From the NCBI GenBank assembly GCA_964016885.1, contig OZ024761.1, positions 10,726,001 to 10,790,000 of the forward strand: DNA of 64,000 nt, read 5' to 3'. Below the pieces are notes generated by a model. It was not told the origin of the DNA. It was given only the letters and a program-made list of their open reading frames with translations, and searched no databases. Every line of letters starts with the position of its first letter. The stretch's first letter is position 1. Source of the DNA: Eledone cirrhosa. Its lineage: Eukaryota. Shown here one piece after another: positions 62,641 through 64,000 of the stretch. The position numbers and the translations under genes are program-made.

Positions 62641-64000
62641 TAAAAATAAAAATAAAAATGAAAATAAAAATAAACCACAAAGAACAACCCTTCAAAGTTA
62701 ATTGACAATATATTGCCAAGTTCACTATAAGACAAAGCCAAAAATTATCTATCAAATCACATCTAGCAAGGAATATCTCAAAAAAAGATTATGATGTCCA
62801 ATAATGTCTACATATGTTCCTATATTTAATATATAAGTTTATCAAGTGTAAGGTTAATTCAAAAAATTTGGAGCATCGGCTTTTAGGGTAGCTTAATTTT
62901 TCATGAGGAATGTTTAGATAAAAATAAAAATAAAAATAAAAATAAAAATAAAAATAAAAATAAAAATAAATAAAATAAAATAAACAATAAAAAGAGTAAA
63001 AAGAGGGAATCAAAGATTTAGGAATCAAAAGATTTATCGGCTAGTACTCATATAAATATAAATCAAACTAAATATACTACATTTTAAATTTAAATTTATA
63101 TTTAAACGTTGAGTTTAATCTATGTTTGCAACAACTGAATAAATTTGTCCGTAGGTTAAGGGAATTTTTAGATTTTAGTATAAAGAATATCTCCTCTGCG
63201 CAGAGGTCACATGTCTCAGAGGATGAATTAAAAGGAATCCCTCTTGAGACTATATTCCAAGCCGTCGAATATCTAACGTTATGTAGCTTAAGTTGCCAGA
63301 GTACACCTGATAGTGCCGTTGAAGATTTTTTATTTGGATCTGTGAAAGAATTCTTGTGGTTATTATAGCGAAGTTTAAATTCCGTCGATGTGGAACCGAC
63401 GTAGTTAAAAGAATTAGAGTCAGTATTAACATTACAATTGTATACTATATTTTTAACTAAGCAGTTGTTATTTAACGGACATTTAGATCTATCTCTACAG
63501 TTACATTTGTTAACTTGTATATTATTTATGCTATTATCAGTAGGTTTTAAGTTCCTATTATTTATTCTATTAATATTTTGTGCTAAATTTTTGGTGGATG
63601 AGTAGGTTAATTTAATTGTATGCCTATTGAAGATTGAGTGGTACCTATGTGTTCTAGGGAAGCGATTATCAAGAGCTTTGAAAAATAATTTAGCGATGTG
63701 GGTTTTAATGTTTAGTGAGAAAGGGGGGGCAAACCAAATTATGTTCCTAGTTCTATTTCTTTTTTGTCCTTTGGAATTATTGTAATGCTTTCTATTATAG
63801 TTGTTAATGTTGTTGCCGTAATTAAAAAAGTTGTTACTTTGTTTAGTTTGTTTATCATTATCTATGTACACAATCTTATCAGCATACCCTGCCCTAGCTA
63901 GTGCATCATTATAGTATTGGGCCTTTTCGTCAAAAATCTTTCTATTCGACGAGATCCTAGAGATACGTTTTTGGACTGAGTTTACTATAGTGTTTTTGAG
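61342..64000 (-). mobile_element. Naiad-like Penelope element (ORF C-terminus + long AT-rich 3' region), continues beyond window
   Basis: See CDS; 3' region homologous to 13063-14838; HHR-like CTGATGA...GAAA at ~61480-61540. Confidence 0.85.
63077..64000 (-). CDS. PLE C-terminal region with GIY-YIG endonuclease (Naiad-like), open to window edge
   Basis: RNIIWFAPPFS, HSIFNRHTIKLTYS, CNCRDRSKCPLNNNC, NIVY..YVGSTSTEFKLRYNNHKNSF, CDLCAEE, CCKH. Confidence 0.88.
   Translation of the reverse strand, partial: LKNTIVNSVQKRISRISSNRKIFDEKAQYYNDALARAGYADKIVYIDNDKQTKQSNNFFNYGNNINNYNRKHYNNSKGQKRNRTRNIIWFAPPFSLNIKTHIAKLFFKALDNRFPRTHRYHSIFNRHTIKLTYSSTKNLAQNINRINNRNLKPTDNSINNIQVNKCNCRDRSKCPLNNNCLVKNIVYNCNVNTDSNSFNYVGSTSTEFKLRYNNHKNSFTDPNKKSSTALSGVLWQLKLHNVRYSTAWNIVSRGIPFNSSSETCDLCAEEIFFILKSKNSLNLRTNLFSCCKHRLNSTFKYKFKFKM

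Noticed and set aside
63077-64000. Selenoprotein recoding, as reported for some Naiad PLEs
   Set aside because: No in-frame TGA in the visible ORF and no SECIS identified by eye; the upstream part is outside the window

Overview
Eukaryotic, AT-rich, almost entirely repetitive DNA with no supportable host gene. The repeat tails resemble cephalopod/octopus elements (inference). The long YIYI-type ORFs are artefacts of kilobase-long interrupted (TA)n tracts. Embedded in these tracts is a nest of retroelements: at least four Penelope-like element (PLE; RT + GIY-YIG) families, CR1/L2-group LINE pieces and an inverted RTE-type LINE. The main hidden system is five different non-coding tandem arrays (monomers of 310, 591, ~557, 468 and 468 bp). 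Each monomer carries one type I hammerhead ribozyme (HHR) with a palindromic stem III, which fits retrozyme-like non-autonomous PLE parasites. One family has the rare U3-A8 core and two have enlarged stem II domains. Every array has a head-to-head inverted arm and ends at a TA/TAT microhomology with (TA)n. The two 468-bp families share an octamer/TATA promoter-like block and a common 3' end point. Other structure: 4.3-kb and 4.7-kb tandem duplications, a dispersed paralogous block carrying different ribozyme arrays at the same site, tRNA-derived inverted units, 88-bp tandem repeats and strand-polarised TA domains. All folds were done by eye; nothing was computed or searched.
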